From IMG/VR virus record IMGVR_UViG_3300047560_000724, positions 1 to 64,000 of that record: a stretch of 64,000 nt of DNA; one strand, given 5' to 3'. Source of the stretch: a virus. Shown here piece by piece: positions 28,516 to 38,385 of the stretch. Made by a program: the position numbers and the translations under genes. The notes below the pieces were generated by a model. It searched no databases and was not told the DNA's origin. It saw nothing but the letters and a program-made list of their open reading frames with translations. Numbering within the stretch: the stretch's first letter is position 1; each line of letters begins with the position of its first letter.

Positions 28516-29533
28516 TACCTAGTTCTATTGCTTGCTCGTATAGAGCATAGCTAGCTAAGTTTTTACCTTTGGATTCGCACATGATATCGTGCGTGCCTGC
28601 AAAGCTCAGAGCCCATTCGTTAGATTTTTTATTCCAATAAAAATCAGAGTGCGCTCTGAGCTTTTGCTTTTTATATCCGTCTAGAAGGAGCTGGGCATGA
28701 ACAGGTGCGGTAAGCCGGTCATGGTCCACAAGATAATCTTCACGACTAACTGAATAATGAAGTGTAGGGCGCACACCGCGCCAACTATCCACAACACGGC
28801 TAATGCGAGGATCGTCCGCAGAGATGTATTCCCCTTCACGGATCCAATGGTGATGTATATCGAGCACAATAGGAACGATATCGCTAATAGATAAACAGTC
28901 ATTTAATCCCCATGCGTTTTCTTCGTTTTCGATAGTAATACAGTTTCTTGCTTCTGGCGATAATTTTGCGTAGGCACTGCGGATACCGGCTGGACCTTCT
29001 TTACCGGAGATGTGGACATTGATCTTGAAGTCCTGAAAGGACTTGCCGTAACCCATCCAACGAGCCATATCCGCATGATATTCAAATTCCTCTATTGACC
29101 GGTTGACAATACCGGGGTTGCTAGATGCCAAAACTGTAAACTGACCAGGATGCATACTAAGTCGAACACCGTGAGCTCTAGCAATATCACCCACTCGTTT
29201 AAAGTTGGTTTCGGCGTATGATACAACAGAAGGTTCGCGCCAATAACTAGCATAATCGTCGTGAGTATAAACAGGCAGAATGTCGCTAGACAAGCGTACC
29301 ATACGCAAAGGTTCAGGAAGCTGGCTAACACGCTCTACCAACTTGCGAGTTGCTTCGATATTGCCTACCATTAGGTCCCATAGTTTTTGCTCCGCGACAT
29401 CTCTTGATTGTCTATTTAACCAAGCTACGGTAGTTGTGCTAGTATTGTATTGTTTTGCATCGTCTTTGGCGCCGATGCCATTAACTTGTTCAGGATGATC
29501 GATCCATTTACATGCGAAGCCTATTTTGCCCAT
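28499..29533 (-). CDS. uvsE: UV damage endonuclease (UvsE/UvdE)
   Basis: RLSS, RLSMHPGQF, IENEE, LDIHHH, AHSD and DIMCESK motifs. Confidence 0.9.
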   Translation of the reverse strand: MGKIGFACKWIDHPEQVNGIGAKDDAKQYNTSTTTVAWLNRQSRDVAEQKLWDLMVGNIEATRKLVERVSQLPEPLRMVRLSSDILPVYTHDDYASYWREPSVVSYAETNFKRVGDIARAHGVRLSMHPGQFTVLASSNPGIVNRSIEEFEYHADMARWMGYGKSFQDFKINVHISGKEGPAGIRSAYAKLSPEARNCITIENEENAWGLNDCLSISDIVPIVLDIHHHWIREGEYISADDPRISRVVDSWRGVRPTLHYSVSREDYLVDHDRLTAPVHAQLLLDGYKKQKLRAHSDFYWNKKSNEWALSFAGTHDIMCESKGKNLASYALYEQAIELGIMPVA

Positions 29534-29540
29534 TTGTGCC

Positions 29541-29705
29541 TTACCAGTGACGGATTACTCCTGCCACAATAAAAATGTTAGTGATAATGTATGTTAACAC
29601 AATACAAGTACGAATGCAAGCAATTCGGTCCGCTTCTGCGTCCGAATTACCTGCTTTTTCTCCTAATGCTTTAGCCCAAAGTCGCCAAACTTTATTGTTT
29701 ATCAT
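29541..29705 (-). CDS. Small membrane protein
   Basis: 54-aa ORF: WRLWAKALGEKA followed by a TM helix (below the ORF-track cutoff). Confidence 0.6.
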   Translation of the reverse strand: MINNKVWRLWAKALGEKAGNSDAEADRIACIRTCIVLTYIITNIFIVAGVIRHW

Positions 29706-29838
29706 CTTTCGGTACTACAATGCCATATTGCTTGTACATCCAATTGATAAAATGTTCAATAGGATAGCTAGGGCCTACTTCTTTTGTATAAGCCTTATAT
29801 GCAATACTTACACGCTCTAGCCATTGTTTATCGTTCAT
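29692..29838 (-). CDS. Small hypothetical protein
   Basis: 48-aa ORF MNDKQWLERV, ATGA-coupled to queD. Confidence 0.5.
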   Translation of the reverse strand: MNDKQWLERVSIAYKAYTKEVGPSYPIEHFINWMYKQYGIVVPKDDKQ

Positions 29839-30350
29839 GCAAACAAATCCTCGTTCCATTCACGATGACCTTCACGGAAAGCCATATTGCTTTGTGTTTC
29901 TCTAACTTCTACACGATAGCACCATAGTCTTGCTGCTTCGCCTGGGCCCCACATTTCTGGAATGTAAACACCGTTAACATATTTGTAAAGCATATCGCTA
30001 AGACCTTCACAACCTAGTCTTGGTAGTACCACTACCTTAGCCATTTTCTTTTCTACTAACAGCTTATATGTTTCCATTTCTGGATCATCAGCGGCTACAA
30101 TAAGTGTGTGGTCAAATTGATCTTCTAATGTTTTCTTTAGTTCTTTAAGACCACCGTAGTCAGCAGCCCAATTACGGACATCTAAATCGTTGGTGCCAAA
30201 GTAAAATTTCATACTAAATGAATAGCCGTGAATTAGATTACAATGACTATCAGCTCGCCATTGGCGATAAGCGCAGGGAAATGCGTCGTGATATTCTTTT
30301 GTACTTGTATATTTGTATGTGATTGGTTTTGGATCAATTATTGTTGTCAT
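29835..30350 (-). CDS. queD: QueD / 6-pyruvoyl-tetrahydropterin synthase family (copy 1)
   Basis: CNLIHGY, DYGGLK, FDH, GCE and VRET motifs. Confidence 0.8.
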   Translation of the reverse strand: MTTIIDPKPITYKYTSTKEYHDAFPCAYRQWRADSHCNLIHGYSFSMKFYFGTNDLDVRNWAADYGGLKELKKTLEDQFDHTLIVAADDPEMETYKLLVEKKMAKVVVLPRLGCEGLSDMLYKYVNGVYIPEMWGPGEAARLWCYRVEVRETQSNMAFREGHREWNEDLFA

Positions 30351-30776
30351 TTATATTCCTACGGTTACATTGCATTTTCTTGTTTCTTCAATATTAACTG
30401 ATACTAGTTTAACACCAGTGCCATCTAATTGTCTAGGACCTATTTCGTCAATTAAATACTGTCCCATATTTTCTGCGGTTGGATTAAAGTCTACTACTAC
30501 TACACCTTCTGGGTCTGCTAAAGGCAATGTTTTTGCCAAAGGATCTTTATCCCAAACAAGAAATTTGTGATCCCATTCTTCCTCTAGCCAGTAGCCCAGT
30601 CGTTCTTTAATTGCGGAAAAGTCCATAACACGCCCGACTGAATCGAGTTCGTCTGCTTCCACTGTTAAATGGATTCTATAGTTGTGGCCATGTAAATGGG
30701 CGCACTTTGATTCGTGTCCGTAAACACGATGACCTGTTGAAAAGTCGTGATAGCGAGTTGCTGTGATTTTTGCCAT
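30351..30776 (-). CDS. queD: QueD / 6-pyruvoyl-tetrahydropterin synthase family (copy 2)
   Basis: GH, CAHLHGHNY, MDF, WDH, NPTAEN and EET motifs. Confidence 0.88.
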   Translation of the reverse strand: MAKITATRYHDFSTGHRVYGHESKCAHLHGHNYRIHLTVEADELDSVGRVMDFSAIKERLGYWLEEEWDHKFLVWDKDPLAKTLPLADPEGVVVVDFNPTAENMGQYLIDEIGPRQLDGTGVKLVSVNIEETRKCNVTVGI

Positions 30777-30796
30777 TGTTAATCTCCATTAAGCAA

Positions 30797-30843
30797 TGAC
30801 ACGCAGAATTTATAATGCGGGATGAGCGTCTAAGGCCGCATAC
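30797..30843 (-). promoter_or_regulatory. Candidate riboswitch-like pseudoknot (preQ1-I-like) in the queD leader
   Basis: P1 AUGCGG/CCGCAU, loop ACGC pairs with downstream GCGU across an A/U-rich linker; starts at the predicted +1. Confidence 0.5.
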
Positions 30844-30847
30844 TGTA

Positions 30848-30875
30848 ATTATACAGTATTTGATATTAATGTCAA
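30848..30875 (-). promoter_or_regulatory. sigma70 promoter for the queD pair
   Basis: TTGACA-N16-TATAAT. Confidence 0.7.
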
Positions 30876-30877
30876 TG

Positions 30878-32755
30878 TTATTGGCGTCCAATACCGCCAA
30901 ATGGTTCCCATTGTCCTGGAGTACCAGTTACTACACAAACCCAACCTACATAACTGTGAACTTGTGGTTTGGTATTCCAACAGATATCACCTACTTGGAA
31001 TGAACCTTGGGTAGGTACTTCGGACCCAGTGATAAATTTCTTACCATCAATCCTTGCAGGGCCTTTTACAGTTAAGTCAACATCTGCGTCTGGGTTGTTA
31101 ACACCAACGCTTAGTTTTCCGTAAACATTAATAATCTTTGCTGGATCTAACTTGTTGCCAATACCAAAAGTATCTTTTGTAATTTGTAAGCGGTTAAATC
31201 CGTAAAATCCAACATTGAATGAACTAGTTGGATTAACACCAGTTGGTGTAAATGTTAAAGTATTAACATCATCTTTTACAGCAATGCTGCTAGATAAAAT
31301 CTTATTAGCGTTAAGCTCTCCTGAAAATTCAGATGCGCCTTGTACGCTTAGTGTCTTTAGTGCGCCTAGTGTAGTTAATTTTGATTCTACCACTGAGTCG
31401 CCGAGTGCGGTTTCTGTGATAACCGTCTGCTTGTTTATGCTGAATACTTTTGTTTTAGCAAGATCGATAGATTCAGTTGACCAAATTCTATCAGGACCAT
31501 TCATTAACATAAATTGCTTAGGACCTCTAGGACTAGACCATAGCAAGCCCATACCATATACAGGGTTATCTGGAGTTTCCGCAAACTCTAACGGAGTTGA
31601 TCTAGTTAGTCGTGTATCGCTAACAACTTTATCAGCATGAAGTTCGCCGAACACTCTTAGGATACCGTTACGGGTACTTTCGTTTCCAATATGTACCTCA
31701 CCATTACTTTTTAATATAATGCGATCAGTGTTGTCTGTAACCAGTGATAAGTCATGACTAGTATGAGTACCAATCTTACCTTTACCAAGAGTAGGTGCTC
31801 CAAACACAAGTTCTACATCATTTTCTGCAAGACTTAAAAGCGCATTTGGAACATCAGTACCTAAGCCTAAACGACTGTCAGTAAAGAATGCAAATTGACT
31901 AATGTTAGCATTACCATTAACTGTTAATGAAGTTAAGTTACCTAATCGTCTTAGGTTACTGCTTACAATTGAATCGCCAAGCCTGTCTGCAAGGATAACA
32001 GGAATGTTGTTTACACGATATGATTTATCTTTAGGAATATTAAAGTTAGCATCAGTAAAGATGTTACCACCTGCTTGGTATGCTAGTTTGTAGTTTAAAG
32101 AATCAATGTGCCATGACAAACCTTTATTAACGACATCAGCATCTACAGCACCTTTAAATTTTCCAAACTCTAATGTTGAGCCGTCTTCTGTTAAGATGTT
32201 TTTTGCTTTGATTGTTTCGGCTTCAATGCCTTTTACTTTTAAAAGTCCAGTAACTGTTAGTGTTTTAGATGCAGCATTTACTTCGACAAAACTTGATAAT
32301 TTTACATCGCCGCGAACATCTAAAGTTAATAGCTCACCAACTTTAGTTAAGTTACTGTTTGTAACAGTATCACCAATTGTTGTTGTATTAATTACTAATG
32401 AGTTGTTAATCTTGTATTCTTTATCTTTAGCTAGATTAACACTAGTGTCTGCAAAAATTGTTCCGTTAGCTTGATATACTAACTTGTAAGATTTTGCATC
32501 TGTGTGCCAGAACATACCTGTATTTTGTATGCCAGCATCTTCCATACTGCGGTATACACCTGGCTCTGCGTAGGATCCGTTGTCTGTAACAATTTTGCTG
32601 GCTCTTAGCACACCGGTTACAGTTAGGTTATTGTTAACATCAACCGCACCCGCTACAATTAATTGGCCAGTATGGTTAACTGTGCCCTCTATTTGTGCAA
32701 CTTTAAGTTTGTTAATAACGACCTTGTCGTCTTCAATATTGAAAATTTGGCTCAT
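30878..32755 (-). CDS. Virion structural protein with internal repeats (fibre-like)
   Basis: Three repeats of a LGDS.V.S.L...G.L..L.V.G module; 625 aa; TAAATA upstream. Confidence 0.65.
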   Translation of the reverse strand: MSQIFNIEDDKVVINKLKVAQIEGTVNHTGQLIVAGAVDVNNNLTVTGVLRASKIVTDNGSYAEPGVYRSMEDAGIQNTGMFWHTDAKSYKLVYQANGTIFADTSVNLAKDKEYKINNSLVINTTTIGDTVTNSNLTKVGELLTLDVRGDVKLSSFVEVNAASKTLTVTGLLKVKGIEAETIKAKNILTEDGSTLEFGKFKGAVDADVVNKGLSWHIDSLNYKLAYQAGGNIFTDANFNIPKDKSYRVNNIPVILADRLGDSIVSSNLRRLGNLTSLTVNGNANISQFAFFTDSRLGLGTDVPNALLSLAENDVELVFGAPTLGKGKIGTHTSHDLSLVTDNTDRIILKSNGEVHIGNESTRNGILRVFGELHADKVVSDTRLTRSTPLEFAETPDNPVYGMGLLWSSPRGPKQFMLMNGPDRIWSTESIDLAKTKVFSINKQTVITETALGDSVVESKLTTLGALKTLSVQGASEFSGELNANKILSSSIAVKDDVNTLTFTPTGVNPTSSFNVGFYGFNRLQITKDTFGIGNKLDPAKIINVYGKLSVGVNNPDADVDLTVKGPARIDGKKFITGSEVPTQGSFQVGDICWNTKPQVHSYVGWVCVVTGTPGQWEPFGGIGRQ

Positions 32756-32806
32756 AATAAGTCTCTCGTCCAGTATTTATCTTAGACTGTGAGCATTACT
32801 TGAGCC

Positions 32807-32834
32807 AAAAAAAAGCGGCATTTAAGCCGCTTTT
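32807..32834 (-). terminator. Intrinsic terminator
   Basis: AAAAGCGGC-ATTTAA-GCCGCTTTT with a longer T-run on the minus strand. Confidence 0.7.
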
Positions 32835-32837
32835 GGG

Positions 32838-34040
32838 TTATGCTACTTTGAGTAGAATGGTGTCTTCGTTGAGACGACCATTCATTTTAGTGTCTGTAGC
32901 GTTGATATCTTCTAGGAACTTACGCAACTGTACCTTACCCGCCGCTTTAAACTCTTTGAGCTTTTCTTCTGGCTTGCGGATAGTTTTACAGATACTCTTG
33001 AACTCGTCGAATCCTGTAAGACTTGTGCCTTTAACCCCTAAATCCGCAAACTCAGATGCAACATACTTGCCTAGCTTACGAGTTTTAGTGTTATAGATCC
33101 AAAGCTCTTTTGCACCAATGATATCTGTAGGGCTAACTGATACCAGCTTCAACGGTTCGTCACTCTTCTTAAATTTAAGTTTAGCAACAACCTTCTCTGC
33201 TGGTACTGTCTTTTTAGCACGAGGCTTGCGGTTAACCTTAGCTTCTTGTGCAAGCATTGTACAAGCAGAGTCAACTTCTTGATAGAATGCAATTAGAGCT
33301 TTAATCTGCTTCTTGCTACGGTGTGAGTAACCTTCACGCAACTGTTCGTCAGCTTTGCCGCTAGCAAGCTCAAGCAATTCATTCAAGTCTTTGCTATAAA
33401 AGTCTTTGATAATACGAGCATGAGCGGCTTTGGCTTCTACAGCCTTGAGCAAGTTAAGAACCTTAAATGCTTTTGGATCAAAGTTCTCAGCATCTGTTTG
33501 GAAACTTTCAATCGCATTTTCGATTTCCTCAGTCATACGATAAGCGGCTTCACGAACACGCTCTTGAATTGACGGAGTATAAACTGCAGGCTTGTCTGCT
33601 TCTTTAGCCTTTTCTGCTTCTTCGTCGATGTCATCTTTACCTTGAGAAATCACATCGACAATTTGTTTACGCAACCATTCAGCAGTATCACGACCTTCGT
33701 TGAAGTCTGCTCGCTGAGGAGTCATTCCGCGAAGCAAACAAGATGCAATAGCACCCATTGTTGATCCGCAACGGTTGTCTTTAGTTTTCTTAAATGCGGC
33801 AATGTCAGCTTTAGTGCAACCAACTTTTTCCATCCACTTAATTACAGCAGGCTTGAAACTCTTGCTGTCTGCTTCAAGGCGATAGTAGTTCATTGCCACT
33901 CGAAAGTGTTTATGGAACTGATCAGCAGGCCAAGTTTCGCAACCATCCCAAGTTGGGCTATAGTCCTTAGCCGCCTTAGTGCGGTGGGCAATAACTTGCT
34001 TTTTGGTTACACGAGTTTTGGTTGCAGATTTTGTAGCCAT
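32838..34040 (-). CDS. Hypothetical basic protein
   Basis: 400-aa ORF with AGGAG RBS and TTGACA-N17-TATAAT at about 34070-34098. Confidence 0.7.
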   Translation of the reverse strand: MATKSATKTRVTKKQVIAHRTKAAKDYSPTWDGCETWPADQFHKHFRVAMNYYRLEADSKSFKPAVIKWMEKVGCTKADIAAFKKTKDNRCGSTMGAIASCLLRGMTPQRADFNEGRDTAEWLRKQIVDVISQGKDDIDEEAEKAKEADKPAVYTPSIQERVREAAYRMTEEIENAIESFQTDAENFDPKAFKVLNLLKAVEAKAAHARIIKDFYSKDLNELLELASGKADEQLREGYSHRSKKQIKALIAFYQEVDSACTMLAQEAKVNRKPRAKKTVPAEKVVAKLKFKKSDEPLKLVSVSPTDIIGAKELWIYNTKTRKLGKYVASEFADLGVKGTSLTGFDEFKSICKTIRKPEEKLKEFKAAGKVQLRKFLEDINATDTKMNGRLNEDTILLKVA

Positions 34041-34095
34041 TTAAGTCACTCCTAACTGTTAATATGTATTATTATAGCACGAACAATAGGTTGTG

Positions 34096-35166
34096 TCAAC
34101 CGGGCTGTTGCTGATTGAATTCGAATACTTTGTCCAAATCTTCTTGTGTGTAGTCCGAACGCAATTGGCTACCATCAACAATATCACGCATTGGTACCAT
34201 ATCAAATTGGACCCGATGCTTACTGTTATCGTCAAAGTTGTGCCAGCCAATTTCTGCTTTTAAGCTATCGGCAAAATTAATACTCTGTTGGATTTCTCCA
34301 GGTTTAGTCATTAATTTGACAATTATTTTTTCTAATCGAGTAGGATTATTTCTTATTACTTCAACCACTTTGGAAAAGTTTTTTGTAAACAATTCCGGCT
34401 TCATAAATTCAAAGTGAGCACTAAAAATTAATATGTTATAGTTGTCTGCATTCTTAGCCCAATAACTAGGGCCTTGACTTCCATTGGATACTAGCATTAC
34501 ATGTTGGTTGCGTTGAGCAAGATGTTCAACAAACGGTTCAAAGTCTGGATTAAGTGTAGGTTCACCGCCACCAAAGTACCAACGGATAGGATTACCTTCA
34601 CTCCAATTGTCAATTATGTTGTCTGCTGTTCTTGTTAGCAATGCTAGTGACTTATGCGGATCAGTAGTGTTATGTACTCCCGGCCAGCAATAACTACAGC
34701 TATAGTTGCATCTCCTACCAATATCCCATAATACTTGTTTTGGTATTTTTACTTTTAATTTTAATGCAGACGGGCTAGTGATATTTTTTAAAGGTATTAA
34801 TGTGTAGGTAAAATTGTCTTTTAAGAATTCTGTAGGGCTGTCTTTACATTTTGTAATAACAATGTCAGAACCGCACCCGCAACTATTGTAAGGGCATACT
34901 ACTCCCGTCTTAGGTAGTACATATTCTTTTCGTATATTACCGCGAAACCCCCAAGGCCGCAAACCACTCTTTATATCATAGTTTAGCCTAGCATCTGAAC
35001 TTGCACAGTTAGCGACCCACATATAACCATCAAAGTCTATATACAAGTTTTCAACTCCTGCAGAACAGTTCCATCCTTTAAAAGAATTAAGTTTAGACGA
35101 CACAAGATCTTCAATGCTTGCTTCTGCTATTCCGCTCTCGCCTTGTAAAATTAAAGTCTTGCTCAT
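34096..35166 (-). CDS. Radical SAM protein with N-terminal Cys-rich (SPASM/twitch-like) module
   Basis: CNYSCSYC and GGEPT in the C-terminal half; CSAG...IDFDG...C...CPYNSCGC at the N-terminus. Confidence 0.85.
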   Translation of the reverse strand: MSKTLILQGESGIAEASIEDLVSSKLNSFKGWNCSAGVENLYIDFDGYMWVANCASSDARLNYDIKSGLRPWGFRGNIRKEYVLPKTGVVCPYNSCGCGSDIVITKCKDSPTEFLKDNFTYTLIPLKNITSPSALKLKVKIPKQVLWDIGRRCNYSCSYCWPGVHNTTDPHKSLALLTRTADNIIDNWSEGNPIRWYFGGGEPTLNPDFEPFVEHLAQRNQHVMLVSNGSQGPSYWAKNADNYNILIFSAHFEFMKPELFTKNFSKVVEVIRNNPTRLEKIIVKLMTKPGEIQQSINFADSLKAEIGWHNFDDNSKHRVQFDMVPMRDIVDGSQLRSDYTQEDLDKVFEFNQQQPG

Positions 35167-36110
35167 TCTTCTTTAGTACACATAATGTCAAAGTTACAAT
35201 GACACATTGTTTTATTACATACTATTGGCTCATCTGGAAATGTTAAGTTAGGATCGTCAATACGGCCAATAGGTCCGCCTACCTTACACCAACCTCTGTG
35301 TACAGTACCGTCCATGTCTACAATTAATTGTTCAAGTCCTGCATAACATTTCCAACCTGACCAGTCATTTGCATTCCTAGCAATAAACTGGTGTGCGCCT
35401 GCAATTTTAAATTGCCCTGCAGAGTTTACCATCTTCATAGCACCGCGATATGTTCGCATTTCTTTATCATGCTTAATTTTAGGTGTAAACACTTGATGTT
35501 GGGTATCAAACACTTTCTTTTGTTCTTCAGTGTAATTGTACAGCGTATCACCAAAATCAACAATCAGCGGCTGTAGTGCCAATGATATGTTTGAGTATTC
35601 TACTACACGCTCTGCAAGTTTGTAACACTCGTCAAACTTTTCAGGACTCATCATAACATTGACATGCGTTCTTATGTCGTTATGTACGGTGCCTAGTATT
35701 TTTAAAAAGTGTTCAGGATCTGCAAATTCAGGATGGAAACTTAAACATACATGATCAAACAGTAGTTTATTTTCTTCCCACCAGCGTTGTGTTCTAGAGC
35801 CGTTTGATATTAGACCAATCTTTACATCTTGATCTTTACAGAACTGTGCTAGTTCTAAGAAATGTTTGTAGACTGTAACTTCACCACCGGTGAATTCAAA
35901 GTATAGTTTCTTATTAGCAAAGCGTTCTTTAACTTTAAGAATAAAGTTTTGTATTGTTTCTAGTGCCGGCCAACCTTGGCTACCGTCATGTAACCCTTTA
36001 GGGCAATATGAACAAGCATAGTTACAAGTGTTACCGAGACACCAATTTACTACAAACCAATCGGCATTTGTAGGATCAGCATGGACAAGTTTAATATATT
36101 TTTTAGGCAT
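35163..36110 (-). CDS. Radical SAM protein with C-terminal SPASM/twitch-like module
   Basis: CNYACSYC, GGEVT, CYAG...VDMDG...WC...CNKTMCHC. Confidence 0.87.
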   Translation of the reverse strand: MPKKYIKLVHADPTNADWFVVNWCLGNTCNYACSYCPKGLHDGSQGWPALETIQNFILKVKERFANKKLYFEFTGGEVTVYKHFLELAQFCKDQDVKIGLISNGSRTQRWWEENKLLFDHVCLSFHPEFADPEHFLKILGTVHNDIRTHVNVMMSPEKFDECYKLAERVVEYSNISLALQPLIVDFGDTLYNYTEEQKKVFDTQHQVFTPKIKHDKEMRTYRGAMKMVNSAGQFKIAGAHQFIARNANDWSGWKCYAGLEQLIVDMDGTVHRGWCKVGGPIGRIDDPNLTFPDEPIVCNKTMCHCNFDIMCTKEE

Positions 36111-36117
36111 ATAGTAA

Positions 36118-36342
36118 TTATGTCCAGCGTAACAAAAACCAGTCTAAGTCCGACTTCTTTTTAAATTCGAAGATGTGATACGCAGTCCGAGCATGATACC
36201 CGAGTGTATCTAAGCACCAGTTGTTTATTTCTACATACTGTTCTTCGGCAAACGGTTCAGGCTGTCCAAATTTAGCCGGAGCATTTTCCGACCAAACTTC
36301 AGCCATCCACTTCTTACCTCTTTGCCGTATCTCTATGTCCAC
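36118..36342 (-). CDS. Hypothetical protein
   Basis: 74-aa ORF ending DWFLLRW. Confidence 0.55.
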   Translation of the reverse strand: MDIEIRQRGKKWMAEVWSENAPAKFGQPEPFAEEQYVEINNWCLDTLGYHARTAYHIFEFKKKSDLDWFLLRWT

Positions 36343-37163
36343 AAACTTTGACGAATTTTAATTAGACGAATCATCATTTGCTCGTCTTCTTTTTCGTAAG
36401 CGGCTTCGATTTTACGAAGCAACTTGTGCGACTTATTGCTCATTTTACGAAGTTCGGCATTATCTTGTTCACCGAAGTTTAATCTTCCACCGTTGGCCTG
36501 ACGACTAGCTTCGCAATATTCACTCCACCCGCTAGCATCGTAAGGGTCAGGACGATTGCGATAAGTAACAGTCCACCAAGTGTAAAGCTCAATAATTTCC
36601 TTAGCGGCTTTAGCTTGGTATGTGGGTTCTGCTTTGTGTTTCTCACCTTCTTCAAGGAATTCTTCATTAGTAAGAGTGGCCGCCCAGCGTAGATATTCTA
36701 AGCCAGCTTCTGGGCAACGCCAGGTACGCCAGCGCAACCAACCACTACGATACCAAGGCACATTGAACTTAGTTTTAGCTTCGTCACTCCAAATGCAGTG
36801 ATGCCATGCCTGTTCTATTTCAACGAAATCAACAAGCTCATTAAAAAGGCAAGGAAGGAACCGACTGCCAAGATCAGACCAACTACCGGGTTTAATGTCT
36901 CGGGGATGAGCTGTAAGACTATGAGACCTAGAGACCCAACGATTATTAATATAGTATCTAACATCATTAAGTTTGTCCGGAATCCAGTAAACAATTTTTT
37001 GAGCATAATCTAATCCTTCTTCTGCAATCCACCACCGGACAGGATGTGCAGACTTAGCCTGCTCTTCCCAGTTGTTCCATTCTGCACTAGTACCCATTTT
37101 AAGTTTTGGTGTACCACGCAACCAATCTGCAAACGGACTAATTGTCCAGTAGTGACTACGCAT
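36333..37163 (-). CDS. Hypothetical Trp-rich phage protein
   Basis: 276-aa ORF with RBS. Confidence 0.7.
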   Translation of the reverse strand: MRSHYWTISPFADWLRGTPKLKMGTSAEWNNWEEQAKSAHPVRWWIAEEGLDYAQKIVYWIPDKLNDVRYYINNRWVSRSHSLTAHPRDIKPGSWSDLGSRFLPCLFNELVDFVEIEQAWHHCIWSDEAKTKFNVPWYRSGWLRWRTWRCPEAGLEYLRWAATLTNEEFLEEGEKHKAEPTYQAKAAKEIIELYTWWTVTYRNRPDPYDASGWSEYCEASRQANGGRLNFGEQDNAELRKMSNKSHKLLRKIEAAYEKEDEQMMIRLIKIRQSLWT

Positions 37164-37165
37164 TT

Positions 37166-37303
37166 TTATTCCTTAATCAAATCGATTGCATATACTTGGC
37201 CGAAGCCGGCCTTGTATACGCAAAACATTGTTGCTTCGTGGAAGTTTGGAAAGACTTTGCTGACTAGTGTTCCTCCACTTAGATAATACTTAACTCTATA
37301 CAT
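37166..37303 (-). CDS. Small hypothetical protein
   Basis: 45-aa ORF MYRVKYY filling the gap, TGATG coupling. Confidence 0.45.
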   Translation of the reverse strand: MYRVKYYLSGGTLVSKVFPNFHEATMFCVYKAGFGQVYAIDLIKE

Positions 37304-38001
37304 CAGTCCTTCTTATCCCCAAACAACTGTAGCAAGCTCAAGAAGATGTTAATAAAGTCTAGGTACAAGGTCAACGCACCGATAACTTCAACAGCCGGGC
37401 TTGAATCTTCACTGATCATTTCTCGAATTTGTTGTGTGTCGTAAGCGGCTAATCCCATAAAGATGATAATAGCTAACGCACTGATAACCATTTGCATTAC
37501 TGAGCTACCAATAAAGATATTGATGATACTAGCAATGATAATAGCAATTAATCCAACAAACATAAATTTACCAAGGCTGTCTAGATTCTTCTTGGTAAAG
37601 TATCCGTAGAAACTCATAGTGCCAAACAAGACAGACGCACCCATGAATGCACTAAAAATACTGCCCATAGTGTAGACAGCAAAGATGACAGCAAAACTCA
37701 AACCCATTACAGCCGCAAATCCTGCTAACAGAGCGATTGCAATTTCTTTTGGAGGGTTAGAGTTAAGTGCAATAGTAATTCCAAACACCGCTAATAGTGG
37801 TGCAAAAATTACCACATAGTGCATTATGCCTGTGAAGAAAAATTTCACAAGCTCCGGGCTAGTTCCAACAAAGAAACTAACCAACATACTAACTAATGTA
37901 GCAAGACCCATGTAACCATATACACGGCCCATTGCCTGATTTACTTCCCCGGCAGTACGGTAGTTAATAATTCCACCGTCTGTGTAGTTATGTCCAAACA
38001 T
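37303..38001 (-). CDS. Bax inhibitor-1/YccA family membrane protein
   Basis: Seven hydrophobic helices; AYDTQQI and ALTLYLDFINIFLSLL motifs. Confidence 0.88.
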   Translation of the reverse strand: MFGHNYTDGGIINYRTAGEVNQAMGRVYGYMGLATLVSMLVSFFVGTSPELVKFFFTGIMHYVVIFAPLLAVFGITIALNSNPPKEIAIALLAGFAAVMGLSFAVIFAVYTMGSIFSAFMGASVLFGTMSFYGYFTKKNLDSLGKFMFVGLIAIIIASIINIFIGSSVMQMVISALAIIIFMGLAAYDTQQIREMISEDSSPAVEVIGALTLYLDFINIFLSLLQLFGDKKD

Positions 38002-38013
38002 AGTATTTTTCCT

Positions 38014-38376
38014 TTATACAAATGGTTTAAGATTAGGTGGCACCCAACCTACTGGTTTTAAAACTTTCCCGTCTTCACGCTTACGAACTTTGCCAGTATC
38101 TTTATCGATCTTGGCAAAGTTAGTTTGCATGACTTCTTTCCACGCACCTTCTGCGTCACTACCCATACTATGGATAGCACCAATAGTAACAACTAGAATA
38201 TCAATAAGAGCATCTAGCGTTTCTAATTGATCGTTATTATTTACAGCAACTTGGAGTTCTTTATATTCTTCATCGATAAGACCAAGATACATTTTAAATT
38301 GTTCCTGGTCAAACTCGCCGCCTGTAGTTTGATCACAGGCCTTCATAAACTTTTCTTGATCTCTAAACGGGTTCAT
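38014..38376 (-). CDS. MazG-like nucleoside triphosphate pyrophosphohydrolase
   Basis: LIDEEYKEL, LDALID and N..K...KREDGKVLKP motifs. Confidence 0.82.
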   Translation of the reverse strand: MNPFRDQEKFMKACDQTTGGEFDQEQFKMYLGLIDEEYKELQVAVNNNDQLETLDALIDILVVTIGAIHSMGSDAEGAWKEVMQTNFAKIDKDTGKVRKREDGKVLKPVGWVPPNLKPFV

Positions 38377-38385
38377 ATCTTTCCT

